Source: Candidatus Latescibacterota bacterium
GTDB lineage: Bacteria > Latescibacterota > UBA2968 > UBA8231
DNA length: 64,000 bases
Direction: 5' to 3'
NCBI GenBank assembly: GCA_965215195.1
Contig: CBDCDC010000001.1
Span: 352,001-416,000 of the forward strand
Part shown: piece by piece, positions 51,346 through 61,377 of the stretch
Layout of the letters: the number at the start of each line of letters is the position of its first letter
How positions within the stretch are numbered: the first letter of the stretch is position 1
Made by a program: the position numbers and the translations under genes
The notes under the pieces: generated by a model
Seen by the model: only the letters and a program-made list of their open reading frames with translations
What the model was told of the DNA's origin: nothing
The model's database searches: none

Positions 51346-52776
51346 ATGAACCCGTGCTCCCCCCGCAAATTAATCTCCCTACAGCAGGCTTTCGAGACTC
51401 CGCTGGACGAGGCCAATCACTACTACAGGCGGCATGTGAACGACAAGCTGCTCAGTCTCTATTCGATTCTCGGCACCGGCAATTTGGAGTACACAAGCGC
51501 ACTAGGATCCGAGCTCAAACTGGCCGATGGGACGACCGTTCTCGATTTCACTTCGGCGATGGGCAGCCTTTCATTGGGCCACAACCATCCGCGCATCGTG
51601 GCGGCCGAAAGAGCCTGCCACAACCGCGAATTAGTCGATATAATGAAAGTCGGGCCGAGCAGGATCCAAGGCGTTCTCGCCTACAACATCGCCCAGCTCT
51701 TGGGACCGGCACTCGACACCACGATATTCTGCGTCACCGGTGCCGAAGCCGTCGAGGCGGCGATGAAACTCTGCGAGATCGCCCAAGGTCCCAAACGACG
51801 CAAATTCCTCGTGGCCACCGGGTCCTTCCACGGCAAATCGCACACCACGCTGTCGATAACAAAGAGCGGCGACTACGGACGCGGCGTGCTCCGAGGGCTG
51901 CCGCCCGAATGCATCCTCGAGGTGCCTTTCGGCGACGCGGACGCGGCCAGAGAGCAGATCGCAGTTCATGCCGACAGCATCGTTGCCGCGATCCTCGAAC
52001 CAATTCAAGGTCAGGCCGTGGTCGTGCCGCCAAACGGGTATCTCAACGAGATGGGGAACCTCTGCAAAGACGCCGGCATTCTGCTGGTGTTCGACGAAAC
52101 AAAGGTCGGGCTATGCAGAACCGGCCGGATGTTCGCATACGAGTGGGACGCCGCCGCACCGGACGCGCTCGTGTTCGGCAAGGCTCTCGGAGGAGGCAAA
52201 CGCGCAGTTTCAGTCGTTGCGACCTCCCGCGAACTCTTCCGCAAAGCCTATGGCAAGAGGCAGTCCTGCGCGTTGCAAACGACGACCTTTGGGGGCATCG
52301 GCGAGTCGTGCGCGGTGGCGATTGAAGCGCTCAATATCATGGTGGACCAAGGGCTGGCCGCCCAAGCCGAGAGCAAGGGAGCATACCTACACGCCGGGCT
52401 GCAACGAATCCAAGAGCGATTCCCCGCATTCGTGCGCGAGACGCGAGGCCGGGGCCTGTTTCAAGGCATCCGCTTGCGGCTCCAGCCTCGCGTCACGGCT
52501 GCGTTCGGTGTGCTCGATACGAAAACCGTCAAATCCGCCACGGCCGCTGCCTTTATAAACTACATGCTGCGCAAGCACCGCATACTCCTGCATTTCCTCG
52601 ACAGCGACCCCGACGTGATTCACATAATGCCGCCGCTGACCGCCTCAACCGAGGAACTCGACCGGCTCTTGTACGCCCTAGAGGCCACGTTTGAAGCCGG
52701 TTTGGCGCGCATTGCGTCGAATTTCGCCGAGCATCTCGGGGAGCAGGCACTTGCCTTTCTAAAGAGTGGAGAGTAG
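51346..52776 (+). CDS. Class-III PLP aminotransferase
   Basis: LDFTS...LGHNHP, GAEAVE, SFHG, EPIQG, FDE..GLCRTG, GKALGGG, TTFGG. Confidence 0.9.
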   Translation: MNPCSPRKLISLQQAFETPLDEANHYYRRHVNDKLLSLYSILGTGNLEYTSALGSELKLADGTTVLDFTSAMGSLSLGHNHPRIVAAERACHNRELVDIMKVGPSRIQGVLAYNIAQLLGPALDTTIFCVTGAEAVEAAMKLCEIAQGPKRRKFLVATGSFHGKSHTTLSITKSGDYGRGVLRGLPPECILEVPFGDADAAREQIAVHADSIVAAILEPIQGQAVVVPPNGYLNEMGNLCKDAGILLVFDETKVGLCRTGRMFAYEWDAAAPDALVFGKALGGGKRAVSVVATSRELFRKAYGKRQSCALQTTTFGGIGESCAVAIEALNIMVDQGLAAQAESKGAYLHAGLQRIQERFPAFVRETRGRGLFQGIRLRLQPRVTAAFGVLDTKTVKSATAAAFINYMLRKHRILLHFLDSDPDVIHIMPPLTASTEELDRLLYALEATFEAGLARIASNFAEHLGEQALAFLKSGE

Positions 52777-52782
52777 GTCAAG

Positions 52783-53385
52783 TCAGTCAAGCCGCTGCAA
52801 TGAGACGACTCGCAGCCCATTGACTTCTTCCAGCACCTCGGTTTTCCAAGAACCCGTCAAAGACATTTCCGCTCTGTACAAAGACATCATAACCACGCCT
52901 CCTTGCTCCAAATGGCGCGGCACCTGTTCGAGAAAACGGCGCAGCAGTTCTCTCCTTTGTTTCCCGACGAAGAAATACGCGATGGCGATGACGACGCGGT
53001 TGTTGCGCGGCATCAGGGACTTTACGAACTCCAGCGGTGCCGCAGGAGCTGATGTGTGCCCCAAAGGAGGATTGAAAACAATCAGATCGAATAGACCGGA
53101 GACGTCACTGAAAAGGTCGCTGTACTTGAACTTTAGCTGCATGTTGTTTGCCCGAGCGTTGCGATCTGCACACTGGAGCGCGGTGCCGTTGACGTCTACA
53201 CCCATGCACCGCCAGCCGCGAGACCGAAGGTATAGCGCGATGAAGCCGGTTCCGCTGCCCATGTCCAGCGCCGTCCGGCCCGCTTGTCGCCCCGCGTGAT
53301 GCGCCATCCTAAGGGTATCGGGGCCAACCCGGGAGACCCCGGGCCAGTTGTTGACGAGAATGTCGTTGAATTCCTTGTACTGCAT
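52783..53385 (-). CDS. SAM-dependent methyltransferase (HemK/PrmC-like)
   Basis: LDMGSGTG, SDLF, FDLIVFNPP; GGAG before ATG 53385. Confidence 0.82.
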   Translation of the reverse strand: MQYKEFNDILVNNWPGVSRVGPDTLRMAHHAGRQAGRTALDMGSGTGFIALYLRSRGWRCMGVDVNGTALQCADRNARANNMQLKFKYSDLFSDVSGLFDLIVFNPPLGHTSAPAAPLEFVKSLMPRNNRVVIAIAYFFVGKQRRELLRRFLEQVPRHLEQGGVVMMSLYRAEMSLTGSWKTEVLEEVNGLRVVSLQRLD

Positions 53386-53398
53386 CTGGAGACGTCCC

Positions 53399-55171
53399 CT
53401 ATGGGCTGATCGACGCGGACATGGGTGGGGCTGCCGACCCGCCGGTCGGCTCCAGCCGGATAAAGGTCTTGAGCAGCTCCCACTGCCAAGAGTGCGGAAA
53501 GCCGTAAGGGTCTTGCTGGCTCGGCCAGCCAGTCCAGCGGGAGGTGTTGCAAGGGTAGCGGATAATGAGCTGCGCCAAGAAGATGTCGGGCAACTCCCCC
53601 ACCCAGATTTCCATGGCCTCGGCGAACAGCTCCAGCAGTTCCTCGTCGCCGACCTGTAGGGGCGCGATGCGCTCGACAATGCGGTCGAACTCCTCGTTGC
53701 GCCAGCGCGAGGTAGTGGACCACAGCGGCGCCGGCTGTCCGGTGGGCCGGAAGTACTGCGAGGTGTAGTACGACAGCATCAGGTAGGGGTCCATGCCGCG
53801 CACCCCGCTAGGCCCCTTGCAGCCGAGGGAGACCGCCTGCTCCCCGGTCTGCACCAGAGAAGTTAGGCCGGGCGAGGTGTCGAAGTTCGCATCAAAACCA
53901 GCGTCGCGTAGCTGCTGGGTCAGCGGCGGACCGTAGGCTCGCAGCCACTGCGGCACGTACATGGCGATCTCGACGCGCTCGCCCTCCGAGCTGACCCACA
54001 AGCCCTCGTCATCCTTGCGATAGCCTTTCCCCTCCATGATCCGGTCCACCTCTTGCAAGTGCGGCTGGGCGTCGTACCCGTGCCGCGCGAGAATCTCCTG
54101 CAGGGCCTCGTCAAAAGGCGCGAACCATTCGTAGGGCGTAAAGGGATGCAGCGCGACCACGCCGGCCCCGGACTCGGCTAGCTGGACGAGTTTCTCCCGG
54201 TCGATGGCCATGCTGATCGCCCGGCGAATCTGCGGATCGTCAAAGGGCGGCTCCGAGCAGTTCACATTGAGGTCGATGGGACACCAGTCGAGGTAGCCAT
54301 ACGGCGGTTGCCTGTCGGAGAAGGTCACGACCCGCGCATTGCGCTCCAACACGCTTTCGAGGGTGAGCACCTGCATGATGGGGGCCATGTCGAGCTGATC
54401 GGTCAGCAGCAGTTGCGCGGCTTGGCTCTCCTCCTGCTGCGGCACGTAGATGATTCGCTGAATTCGCGGCAGCCGCTTGAACCCGGTCTTAGCCGCCCAC
54501 CAGTCCTCGCGCAGGTCGTAGATCTTCTGGTGCGGCGAAGCATGCACGAGGCGGTAGGGACCCGTGCCGAGGGGCAAGCCGCCGTCGATGTCGTGGAACG
54601 TGAACTCTAGGGGGTCTTGGTCTTTCCAGATGTGCTCGGGCAAGACGAAGATGCCGTGGTTGCTGCTCAGGGTGGTCGCCCAAAACGCCGGTCCCGCCTT
54701 TTTCAGCACCAGCCGCACGGTGTGGTCATCGACGACCTCGGTGGAGTCGAAGAACTCGGGCAGATCGGCCAGATGCACCATGGACTCGGCGTGAGTGCGC
54801 AGCAGGTCAAAAGTGAAGGCCACGTCGCGCGCGGTGAACGGGACGCCGTCGGCCCATTCGATGCCCTCGCGGATCTTCACGGTGAGCGCGGTCGAGCTGT
54901 CGTCGTACTCCCAGCTTTCGGCCAGCCAGTTCTCGTATTCCCCGGTGAGCACATTGTACATGATCAGCGGCTCAAACACGGCCGGCAGCGTGCCCATGTG
55001 GAATCCCTGATCGGAGCCGGGGATGTAGGGGTTTTGATTGTCGAACAGGGCATACTGGTTTGGGCCGCCGTTCATCAAGATCAGGGTGCGGTCTCGGGGG
55101 ACGTCGTCCAGCACCACGGCCGGCCCGCAGCTAACCAGCACCGCACATGCCGCAAGCAGGAACAGCGGCAC
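53399..55171 (-). CDS. ABC substrate-binding lipoprotein, family 5 (start uncertain)
   Basis: Lipobox LVSC; WLAESW, REGIEWADG.PFTARDV, GTGPY, RRAISMAIDR. Confidence 0.85.
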   Translation of the reverse strand: MPLFLLAACAVLVSCGPAVVLDDVPRDRTLILMNGGPNQYALFDNQNPYIPGSDQGFHMGTLPAVFEPLIMYNVLTGEYENWLAESWEYDDSSTALTVKIREGIEWADGVPFTARDVAFTFDLLRTHAESMVHLADLPEFFDSTEVVDDHTVRLVLKKAGPAFWATTLSSNHGIFVLPEHIWKDQDPLEFTFHDIDGGLPLGTGPYRLVHASPHQKIYDLREDWWAAKTGFKRLPRIQRIIYVPQQEESQAAQLLLTDQLDMAPIMQVLTLESVLERNARVVTFSDRQPPYGYLDWCPIDLNVNCSEPPFDDPQIRRAISMAIDREKLVQLAESGAGVVALHPFTPYEWFAPFDEALQEILARHGYDAQPHLQEVDRIMEGKGYRKDDEGLWVSSEGERVEIAMYVPQWLRAYGPPLTQQLRDAGFDANFDTSPGLTSLVQTGEQAVSLGCKGPSGVRGMDPYLMLSYYTSQYFRPTGQPAPLWSTTSRWRNEEFDRIVERIAPLQVGDEELLELFAEAMEIWVGELPDIFLAQLIIRYPCNTSRWTGWPSQQDPYGFPHSWQWELLKTFIRLEPTGGSAAPPMSASISP

Positions 55172-55226
55172 CCCTTGTATGTTGAAGTTATTGTTCTTCA
55201 AAGGAATAGGATTGGGAACGGCAAGG

Positions 55227-55437
55227 CTATGCGTCCTCGCGCGACCGCTGTATTTGGTTGGCGAGCGTCTCGACATCTGGCGCAGTAAGCCATTGCTGTC
55301 GATCAACCGAGTAATTGTCTTTGCCCGTTTCGTACTGATGGAAAAAACGAATCGTTCCAAATTAGGTCGAGTTTATGCAAAAGGGCCTCAATATCGAGTT
55401 CGTGAATCTGATTCGCCGTCATCTTTAGGGCGTTCAT
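55227..55437 (-). pseudogene. Frameshifted small antitoxin-like gene
   Basis: Removing one T near 55359 gives MTANQIHELDIEALLHKLDLIGTIRFFHQYETGKDNYSVDRQQWL..., a family recalled next to PIN toxins. Confidence 0.6.
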
Positions 55438-55462
55438 TTCGACAGGTTCAACAAGCGGACTA

Positions 55463-55535
55463 ATAAGACGCGCATAAGACGCGCATAAGACGCGCATAAG
55501 ACGCGCATAAGACGCGCATAAGACGCGCATAAGAC
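55463..55535. repeat. Tandem repeat (ATAAGACGCGC) x6.6
   Basis: Perfect 11-bp units with no spacers. Confidence 0.97.
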
Positions 55536-55571
55536 ATTAAACGTTTTATTCGCCGAACTCGGCAAATAATC

Positions 55572-56975
55572 CTATCGGCTTCGCACCCTGTTCCACCGCG
55601 CCACCTGACCGCGGCCCATGGATACGACCAGCCCCCGTTTCTTCAATACCGCCAAAGCCCATCGCACTTGTCGTTTGCTGGCATCAAGCCGGAGCCGGGG
55701 ACGAATCTCGCGCAATGCCAAGCCGTCGTCTGCCTGATCCAGCAAGGTGAGAATTGCCTGCTGTAGGTCCGTCAGCCCTGCTCGGCCTCCTTTGGAAGGT
55801 ACATAGTGCCCATGTCGAAAGCACACCGTGATACATCCACCGGCATCCTCAATTTCGGGGCGCGGCAACCCTGCCGCAGTTGTCAGTTCCGCCATCTTGA
55901 GCGTCCCACGCCCCCATTCTTCGATAAGGCCGCGACGATAAAAAGTACGGGCGATCAGCGGGTTCCAAGGCAGTGATTCGTGCGGCGCGAACAGCTTCTC
56001 TGGGGTCAACCCAAAATGCAGCGTACCAGAAGAAGTCACCTCCAAGCGATCGTCGTACACTGCCACGCCTACGGAACCGCCGCCGATCGCGTAATCGCGA
56101 TGGCACAGAGCATTCGCCAGCGACTCGCGCAGTGCGAGGGGCGGATAGAGCGGCTCGTCGATTCGCTCGAAGCGATCCGCTTCAAAGCGTCCGGCGATGG
56201 GCAAAGTATCGCGCAGAAAGCGTTCCGCACTCGCCAAGAGCACAAAGGCGTTGCCGTGGAATTGTCGATTGTCGAGAAACTCCGTGCGGTCGAGGCCCCG
56301 GAAGCGAGCGACGCGAAGCAAACATTGCGGCATCTCAAATTCGAGGCACTCGGCAGTGCCGAACAGTACGGCCGCCGCACGCAACAAGACTCCGTGCCGA
56401 AAAAGCCCCAAGCCGCGCAGCAACTCGGTCGGTTCCCTAGTCCCTGGGTCTTCCAATCGGCCGCGCCGGATCGCCTCGGCAACCGTGCGTCGAATCTCTC
56501 CCACATCGAGGTCTTCGACTGACCACCCAATGGCCGGCTGATTCTCCCAGCGTTGCTCGCTGTGCATGCGCTCAAAGAGCATCCGATTGTACTCATCGGC
56601 CGACATTGCTACGGTGGTATTGCCAATCCGGCGATAGGCCGCACCCCGGTAAACATACGGTCTCGCCGGTCCCTGAGTTGCGCTGATCACAATCACCTCG
56701 CGATTTCCCGCTATGGGAACTCGTTCGACCGGAGGAAAGGCCGGCGGATCGATCTTTTGAATCTCAGCACTCACCTCCTCAATCGTCCGCTCGCTCACCT
56801 GCTGGCCAACCACATTTCCCGTCGGCGCGACACCAAACAGAACGTGCCCCCCGCGTTGGTTGAGCATAGCACACACGGTTCTGAGTGCCTCTCGGCGCGT
56901 CCCGGTCGTGCTCTTGAACTCCAACACCTCGGATTCGCCGGTTGCGGCCAGTGCTGTGATTTGGTCCGGCGTCAT
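55572..56975 (-). CDS. Schlafen AlbA_2 + RecG-C/HATPase-like + wHTH protein
   Basis: GESEVLEFK, CAMLN.RGG.VLFGV, RESLANALCHRDY, NPLIA, IEEWGRG. Confidence 0.87.
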   Translation of the reverse strand: MTPDQITALAATGESEVLEFKSTTGTRREALRTVCAMLNQRGGHVLFGVAPTGNVVGQQVSERTIEEVSAEIQKIDPPAFPPVERVPIAGNREVIVISATQGPARPYVYRGAAYRRIGNTTVAMSADEYNRMLFERMHSEQRWENQPAIGWSVEDLDVGEIRRTVAEAIRRGRLEDPGTREPTELLRGLGLFRHGVLLRAAAVLFGTAECLEFEMPQCLLRVARFRGLDRTEFLDNRQFHGNAFVLLASAERFLRDTLPIAGRFEADRFERIDEPLYPPLALRESLANALCHRDYAIGGGSVGVAVYDDRLEVTSSGTLHFGLTPEKLFAPHESLPWNPLIARTFYRRGLIEEWGRGTLKMAELTTAAGLPRPEIEDAGGCITVCFRHGHYVPSKGGRAGLTDLQQAILTLLDQADDGLALREIRPRLRLDASKRQVRWALAVLKKRGLVVSMGRGQVARWNRVRSR

Positions 56976-57111
56976 GGGATTAGCTCGTTTCGACAGGTTC
57001 AATGAGTGGGTGTGATTGCCGATCCGCGCCTCGTGCGCGTCTGCGTTGTCGAGACGGTTTTTGGGCGATGAGAATGCAGCGGGTGGCTCGTGGTTGCGGG
57101 CACCACATCGT

Positions 57112-58146
57112 TCACCCTCCTCCGTAGGACAGGCCGGCGACCTGCTCTTCCGACAGCACGGCGGCGTCCTCGTAGAGGTAGCAAGCCGCAGCGCGGCCAG
57201 CATCGGTCTGCACCAGCGGCGGACGCTGCTGGCGACAGCGCGGCATGACGTGGGGGCAGCGCTCGGCAAAGGCGCAGCCGCCAGTGGCGCTCGGGACCTG
57301 TGTGTCCTCTTCCACAGTCGGCGACTCAACCGCGCCTGCGCCCCAGCGGCGTTTTGCGTCCGGCAACGGGATCGAACTTACCAGTAGCTGCGTGTAGGGA
57401 TGTTTCGGCCCCTTGATGACCTGCTCCACGTCGCCCACCTCGACCACCGCACCTTGGTACATGACGAGAATGGTGTGGCTCAGTTGGTACGCGGTAGTCA
57501 GGTCGTGGGTGATGTACACGAGACTGATGCCGCGCTCCCGATGAATGCGGGACAGCGTCTCCAAGATGGTAGCGCGCAATGAGGCGTCCACCATGGACAC
57601 CGGCTCGTCGGCCACGATCACGCGCGGGTCGAGCAGCAGGGCCCGCGCCACCATGATACGCTGGCGCTGACCGCCGCTCAGTTGATGGGGATAACGCCCG
57701 AGAGTCTCCTCCGGGCGCAGGCCGACCGCTTGCAGCCCCTCCTCAATCCGCTGCCGCCGCTCGGGGCGCGAAAGCTCCGGGAAGAATTTGGCGACCGGCA
57801 CCGTTAGAGTGTGATCCACCCGGTAGAACGGGTTGAACACCTCAAAGGGGTCCTGAAATACGGCCTGCACCTGCCGGCGAAAGGTCTGCCGCGCCTTGGC
57901 GTTGAGCGTGCGCAGCTCCGCGCCCCGGTAGCGCACCGAACCGCCGGTGGGAGGCAGGATGCCCAGCAGCAGGCGCGCCAAGGTGGTCTTGCCGCTGCCG
58001 CTCTCGCCGGCAATGGCCACCACCACGGGATCGTTCTCCGGGATCACCAGCGAGGCGCCGGCGACTGCCGCGATTCGGCGGCGGTCGAACAGGCCGCCGC
58101 CAAAGGTCCGGCTGGCACCCCGCGCTTCTAACAGCGGCGCGCTCAC
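57112..58146 (-). CDS. Oligopeptide ABC ATP-binding protein (OppF-like)
   Basis: GESGSGKT, LSGGQRQR, ADEP, HPYT, C-terminal Cys motif. Confidence 0.92.
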   Translation of the reverse strand: MSAPLLEARGASRTFGGGLFDRRRIAAVAGASLVIPENDPVVVAIAGESGSGKTTLARLLLGILPPTGGSVRYRGAELRTLNAKARQTFRRQVQAVFQDPFEVFNPFYRVDHTLTVPVAKFFPELSRPERRQRIEEGLQAVGLRPEETLGRYPHQLSGGQRQRIMVARALLLDPRVIVADEPVSMVDASLRATILETLSRIHRERGISLVYITHDLTTAYQLSHTILVMYQGAVVEVGDVEQVIKGPKHPYTQLLVSSIPLPDAKRRWGAGAVESPTVEEDTQVPSATGGCAFAERCPHVMPRCRQQRPPLVQTDAGRAAACYLYEDAAVLSEEQVAGLSYGGG

Positions 58147-59123
58147 GCCACCTCGTGCAGATGGCAGGCCGCTCGGCGCTCGGCCGCCACCACTTTTAGC
58201 ACCGGTACGCGCTCCGAGCAGCGGTCCATCACCTGCGGACAGCGCGGGTGGAAGGGGCAGCCCGGCGGCGGCTCCAGCAGCGAGGGCGGCAGTCCGGGGA
58301 TGCCGCGGAACACGCCCTTGCGCTCCAGAGACGGCAGGCTTTCTACCAGCAGGCGCGTGTACGGATGCAGCGGCTCTTCGAGCAGACTTTGTACCGGCCC
58401 AAGTTCGGCCAAGCGGCCAGCGTACATCACGCCGATGCGGTCCGCGCACTGGGCCATCAGGCCCATGTCGTGGCCCACCAAAATCACCGCGGCGTCGAGT
58501 TCCTCCTGCACGCGGAACAAGGTGTCCATCACGCGCTTTTGCACGACCACGTCCAAGGCGCTGGTCGGCTCATCGGCGATAATCACCTCGGGGCGCAAGG
58601 CTACGGCAATGGCCATGCCGATGCGCTGTTTCATGCCGCCGCTGAGTTCGTGGGGGTACATGCGCGCTGTCGCCGGGTCCAGCTCGACCAGCGCCAGCAG
58701 GTGCTGCACCCGCTCCTGCAGGGCCTCGCGGTCTGGCCGCGCCTCGTGCGCCTCAATCGTGTCGGCGATCTGCGCACCTACCCGCATCACCGGGTTGAGC
58801 GAGTTCATCACGCCTTGGGGGATCAGGGAGATGCGCGAAAAGCGCACGCCCCGCATCTCCTCCTCGGACAGCGCCAGCAGTTCCAGTTCGCCGAGCTGGA
58901 CTTGGCCCGCTTCGATCCGCCCAGGCGGCCGGATCAGCCGCATCAGGGCCATGGCCGTTGTGGATTTGCCCGAGCCCGACTCGCCTACCAAACCCAGCCG
59001 CTCTCCCCTCCGCAGCTCAAAGCCGACGCCCTCTACGGCGCGCACCGGTCCCCTCGGAGTGTGGTAGTGGACGCGCAGGTCCTGCACCCGCAGCACGACG
59101 CGGCCTTTGCTCTCGGCGTTCAC
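58143..59123 (-). CDS. Oligopeptide ABC ATP-binding protein (OppD-like)
   Basis: GESGSGKS, LSGGMKQR, ADEPTSALD, GCPFHPRC. Confidence 0.92.
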   Translation of the reverse strand: MNAESKGRVVLRVQDLRVHYHTPRGPVRAVEGVGFELRRGERLGLVGESGSGKSTTAMALMRLIRPPGRIEAGQVQLGELELLALSEEEMRGVRFSRISLIPQGVMNSLNPVMRVGAQIADTIEAHEARPDREALQERVQHLLALVELDPATARMYPHELSGGMKQRIGMAIAVALRPEVIIADEPTSALDVVVQKRVMDTLFRVQEELDAAVILVGHDMGLMAQCADRIGVMYAGRLAELGPVQSLLEEPLHPYTRLLVESLPSLERKGVFRGIPGLPPSLLEPPPGCPFHPRCPQVMDRCSERVPVLKVVAAERRAACHLHEVA

Positions 59124-59977
59124 GACGCGACCCGCCATATACGCGGATTGGCAATGCGGTCCAAGCCCATGGAGATGAGGAACAAGCCGAGAAAGATCAG
59201 CACGATCATCACAATCGGCGGCACCCACCACCACCACATGCCTCGCAGCAGGGAAGTGTAGTACAAAGCCCAGTACATGGTCATCCCAAGGGTAGGCTCA
59301 TTCTGCGGCCCCAAACCCAACGCTTCCAGTCCGATCGAAGCTAACACCGCAGCCGCCACCGCACTGACAAAGCTGGCCGCCAGATAGGGCAGCAGATTCG
59401 GCAGCAGCTCGCGGGCGATAATCTCCAAGTCCCTCATGCCGGAGAGCCGCGCCACCTGCACGTACGCGCGCTCGCGCATGGACAGCACCTGCGAGCGGAT
59501 AGTGCGCGTCGGCAGCATCCACGCCAGCGAAGCCACCACGAGGGCCATCATATCGACCGTGACGGCCGTGCGCAGCGAGGTCGCCAGCACCACGAGAAAC
59601 AGAAGGCCGGGCACGGTCAGCAGCACGTCGGCCGCCCCCCGGATCAAGGTATCTACCAAGCCGCCAAAGTACCCGGCGAGAAAGCCGAGGATGATGCCGA
59701 TGCCAAGGCCCACGGCCCCGGCGAGAAAGCCGACCCTGAGCGTGAGCGGCGTACCGGCCACCATCACCGCGAGCAGGTCCCGCCCGGCCGCGTCCGTGCC
59801 GAGGAGGTGCTCCAGCGACGGCGACAGATTGGGTTCGGCCGAGCCGACGCGGGCCAGCTCCGTATCGACGAACAAGGCCCCCACAGGACCAAAGGCGAGC
59901 ACGACAGAGACGACGATTAAGCCGGCCGCAAGCTGGGGGTGGCGGCGCGCTGCTGTGGCGATCGCAGAGAGCATCAT
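59120..59977 (-). CDS. Oligopeptide ABC permease (OppC-like)
   Basis: HLLGTDAAGRD; EAA-like RERAYVQVARLSG. Confidence 0.9.
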   Translation of the reverse strand: MMLSAIATAARRHPQLAAGLIVVSVVLAFGPVGALFVDTELARVGSAEPNLSPSLEHLLGTDAAGRDLLAVMVAGTPLTLRVGFLAGAVGLGIGIILGFLAGYFGGLVDTLIRGAADVLLTVPGLLFLVVLATSLRTAVTVDMMALVVASLAWMLPTRTIRSQVLSMRERAYVQVARLSGMRDLEIIARELLPNLLPYLAASFVSAVAAAVLASIGLEALGLGPQNEPTLGMTMYWALYYTSLLRGMWWWWVPPIVMIVLIFLGLFLISMGLDRIANPRIWRVAS

Positions 59978-61308
59978 CGGCGGTAGGCAGTGGGGCAATC
60001 CACATCAAGGAGAAAACGCCAAGCGGCGGCGACTTCGATCGCGCCGGTGTCAACGGCAATGCGTTCCTCTTCGCCGGGGCCGGCAAGTCCACCGCGGGTC
60101 ACCAGCACACTCGTTCCCAAGTTTAGCTCGCCCATGGCGTCGCGCAGTGCGGTCACTTCCCGTTGCTTGGTCCTCGGGTCTGCAAGGGACTCGCATACTT
60201 GGATCAGCAGGCGCGAGCCGTCCTCCATGCAGGCGACGAAATCCACTTCGCGACCGCTCCTCGACTTGTAGTAGAAAACCTCGGGGGTAGCGCGGCGGAG
60301 CGCCGTGAACACGAGGTTTTCGAGCAAATGGCCGCTGTTTACGAGGATGCCGGAGGAGACCGATTCAACAAGTGCGTGATCGACGCAATAGATTTTCTTG
60401 GGGTTCGCGTTGGCCCGTGCTAGGGATGCGTCGAAGAGGCGCACTGTGAACAGGAAGAAGGCATCCTCGAACCAGTGCAGGTAGTCGGAAACCGCCGACT
60501 TAGGTGCGCGATGGCCGAGTGCCTGCAAGTAGCCGGTAAGGCGGTTGACGGAGTACAAGGACGCAATGTTGTCCACCAGCCAGTGGGCCAGATCAGAGAC
60601 CGCTCGGGGATGGGAGACGTCGTGGCGTTCGATGAGATCGCGGAACAGCATCGCGCCCCAATACTCCTGGTGAGTTTTAATCCGCAGCCGGCGGTCAAAA
60701 CCCGCGACCTCCGGGAACCCGCCGCTCTCCCAGTACTGATCGAATCCGCTCTGGATCAGCAGGCGTCGCCGGGCGGACAAGGAACCGGCACTGTCGATAC
60801 CCTTGAAGTCGAGGAACTCTCGAAACGAAAAGGGGAACAGCGCCCGTCCGCGCATCTGCGTTGCGACCTCCCGCGACAGCATCCGCGCCGACGAGCCGGT
60901 GATGTACACCTCGCACTTCTCGGTGCGCATTATCCGATCCACAAAAGACTCCCAGCCGGGTACGACCTGAATCTCGTCGAAGAAGCAGTAAACCGTTTGT
61001 GTGTTCTTCTTCTCGGGGTAAAGCAAATAGTATGTCTCCAGCACTGCGGCGAGTCCATCGCGTTGCAGGTGATGCAGGCGGTCGTCGAAGAAGTTCAGAT
61101 ACAGGATGTTATCGCGGGGGATACCAGCGTCGAGGAGCTTGCGGATGAGCTGGAACAGAAAGGTGGATTTTCCACTCCGCCGCGGGCCGATGCAGACCGT
61201 TGCCTTTCCCGGTGCCGTCTTCACCGCGACCCGCCGCGGGACGCCGGTCGCCAGCGCCTCCTCCTGAAAGTCCAAGATGATTTCCCTCAGCGCACCCGTA
61301 GCAGTCAA
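59974..61308 (-). CDS. AAA_14 ATPase + DUF4143 protein inserted in ABC operon (start uncertain, frame open to 61371)
   Basis: GPRRSGKS, FFDEIQ, ITGSS, GGFPE, KIYCVD, ENLV, EVDF, IQVC. Confidence 0.88.
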   Translation of the reverse strand: MTATGALREIILDFQEEALATGVPRRVAVKTAPGKATVCIGPRRSGKSTFLFQLIRKLLDAGIPRDNILYLNFFDDRLHHLQRDGLAAVLETYYLLYPEKKNTQTVYCFFDEIQVVPGWESFVDRIMRTEKCEVYITGSSARMLSREVATQMRGRALFPFSFREFLDFKGIDSAGSLSARRRLLIQSGFDQYWESGGFPEVAGFDRRLRIKTHQEYWGAMLFRDLIERHDVSHPRAVSDLAHWLVDNIASLYSVNRLTGYLQALGHRAPKSAVSDYLHWFEDAFFLFTVRLFDASLARANANPKKIYCVDHALVESVSSGILVNSGHLLENLVFTALRRATPEVFYYKSRSGREVDFVACMEDGSRLLIQVCESLADPRTKQREVTALRDAMGELNLGTSVLVTRGGLAGPGEEERIAVDTGAIEVAAAWRFLLDVDCPTAYRR

Positions 61309-61377
61309 TTTTATTCCCGATTTTTCGTTAAATTGGACATTAAAATTACCAATTTTAATTATGATTGGCAAATAATA

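Noticed and set aside
55463-55535. Possible CRISPR array
   Set aside because: 11-bp head-to-tail units with no spacers and no cas genes; it is a VNTR.
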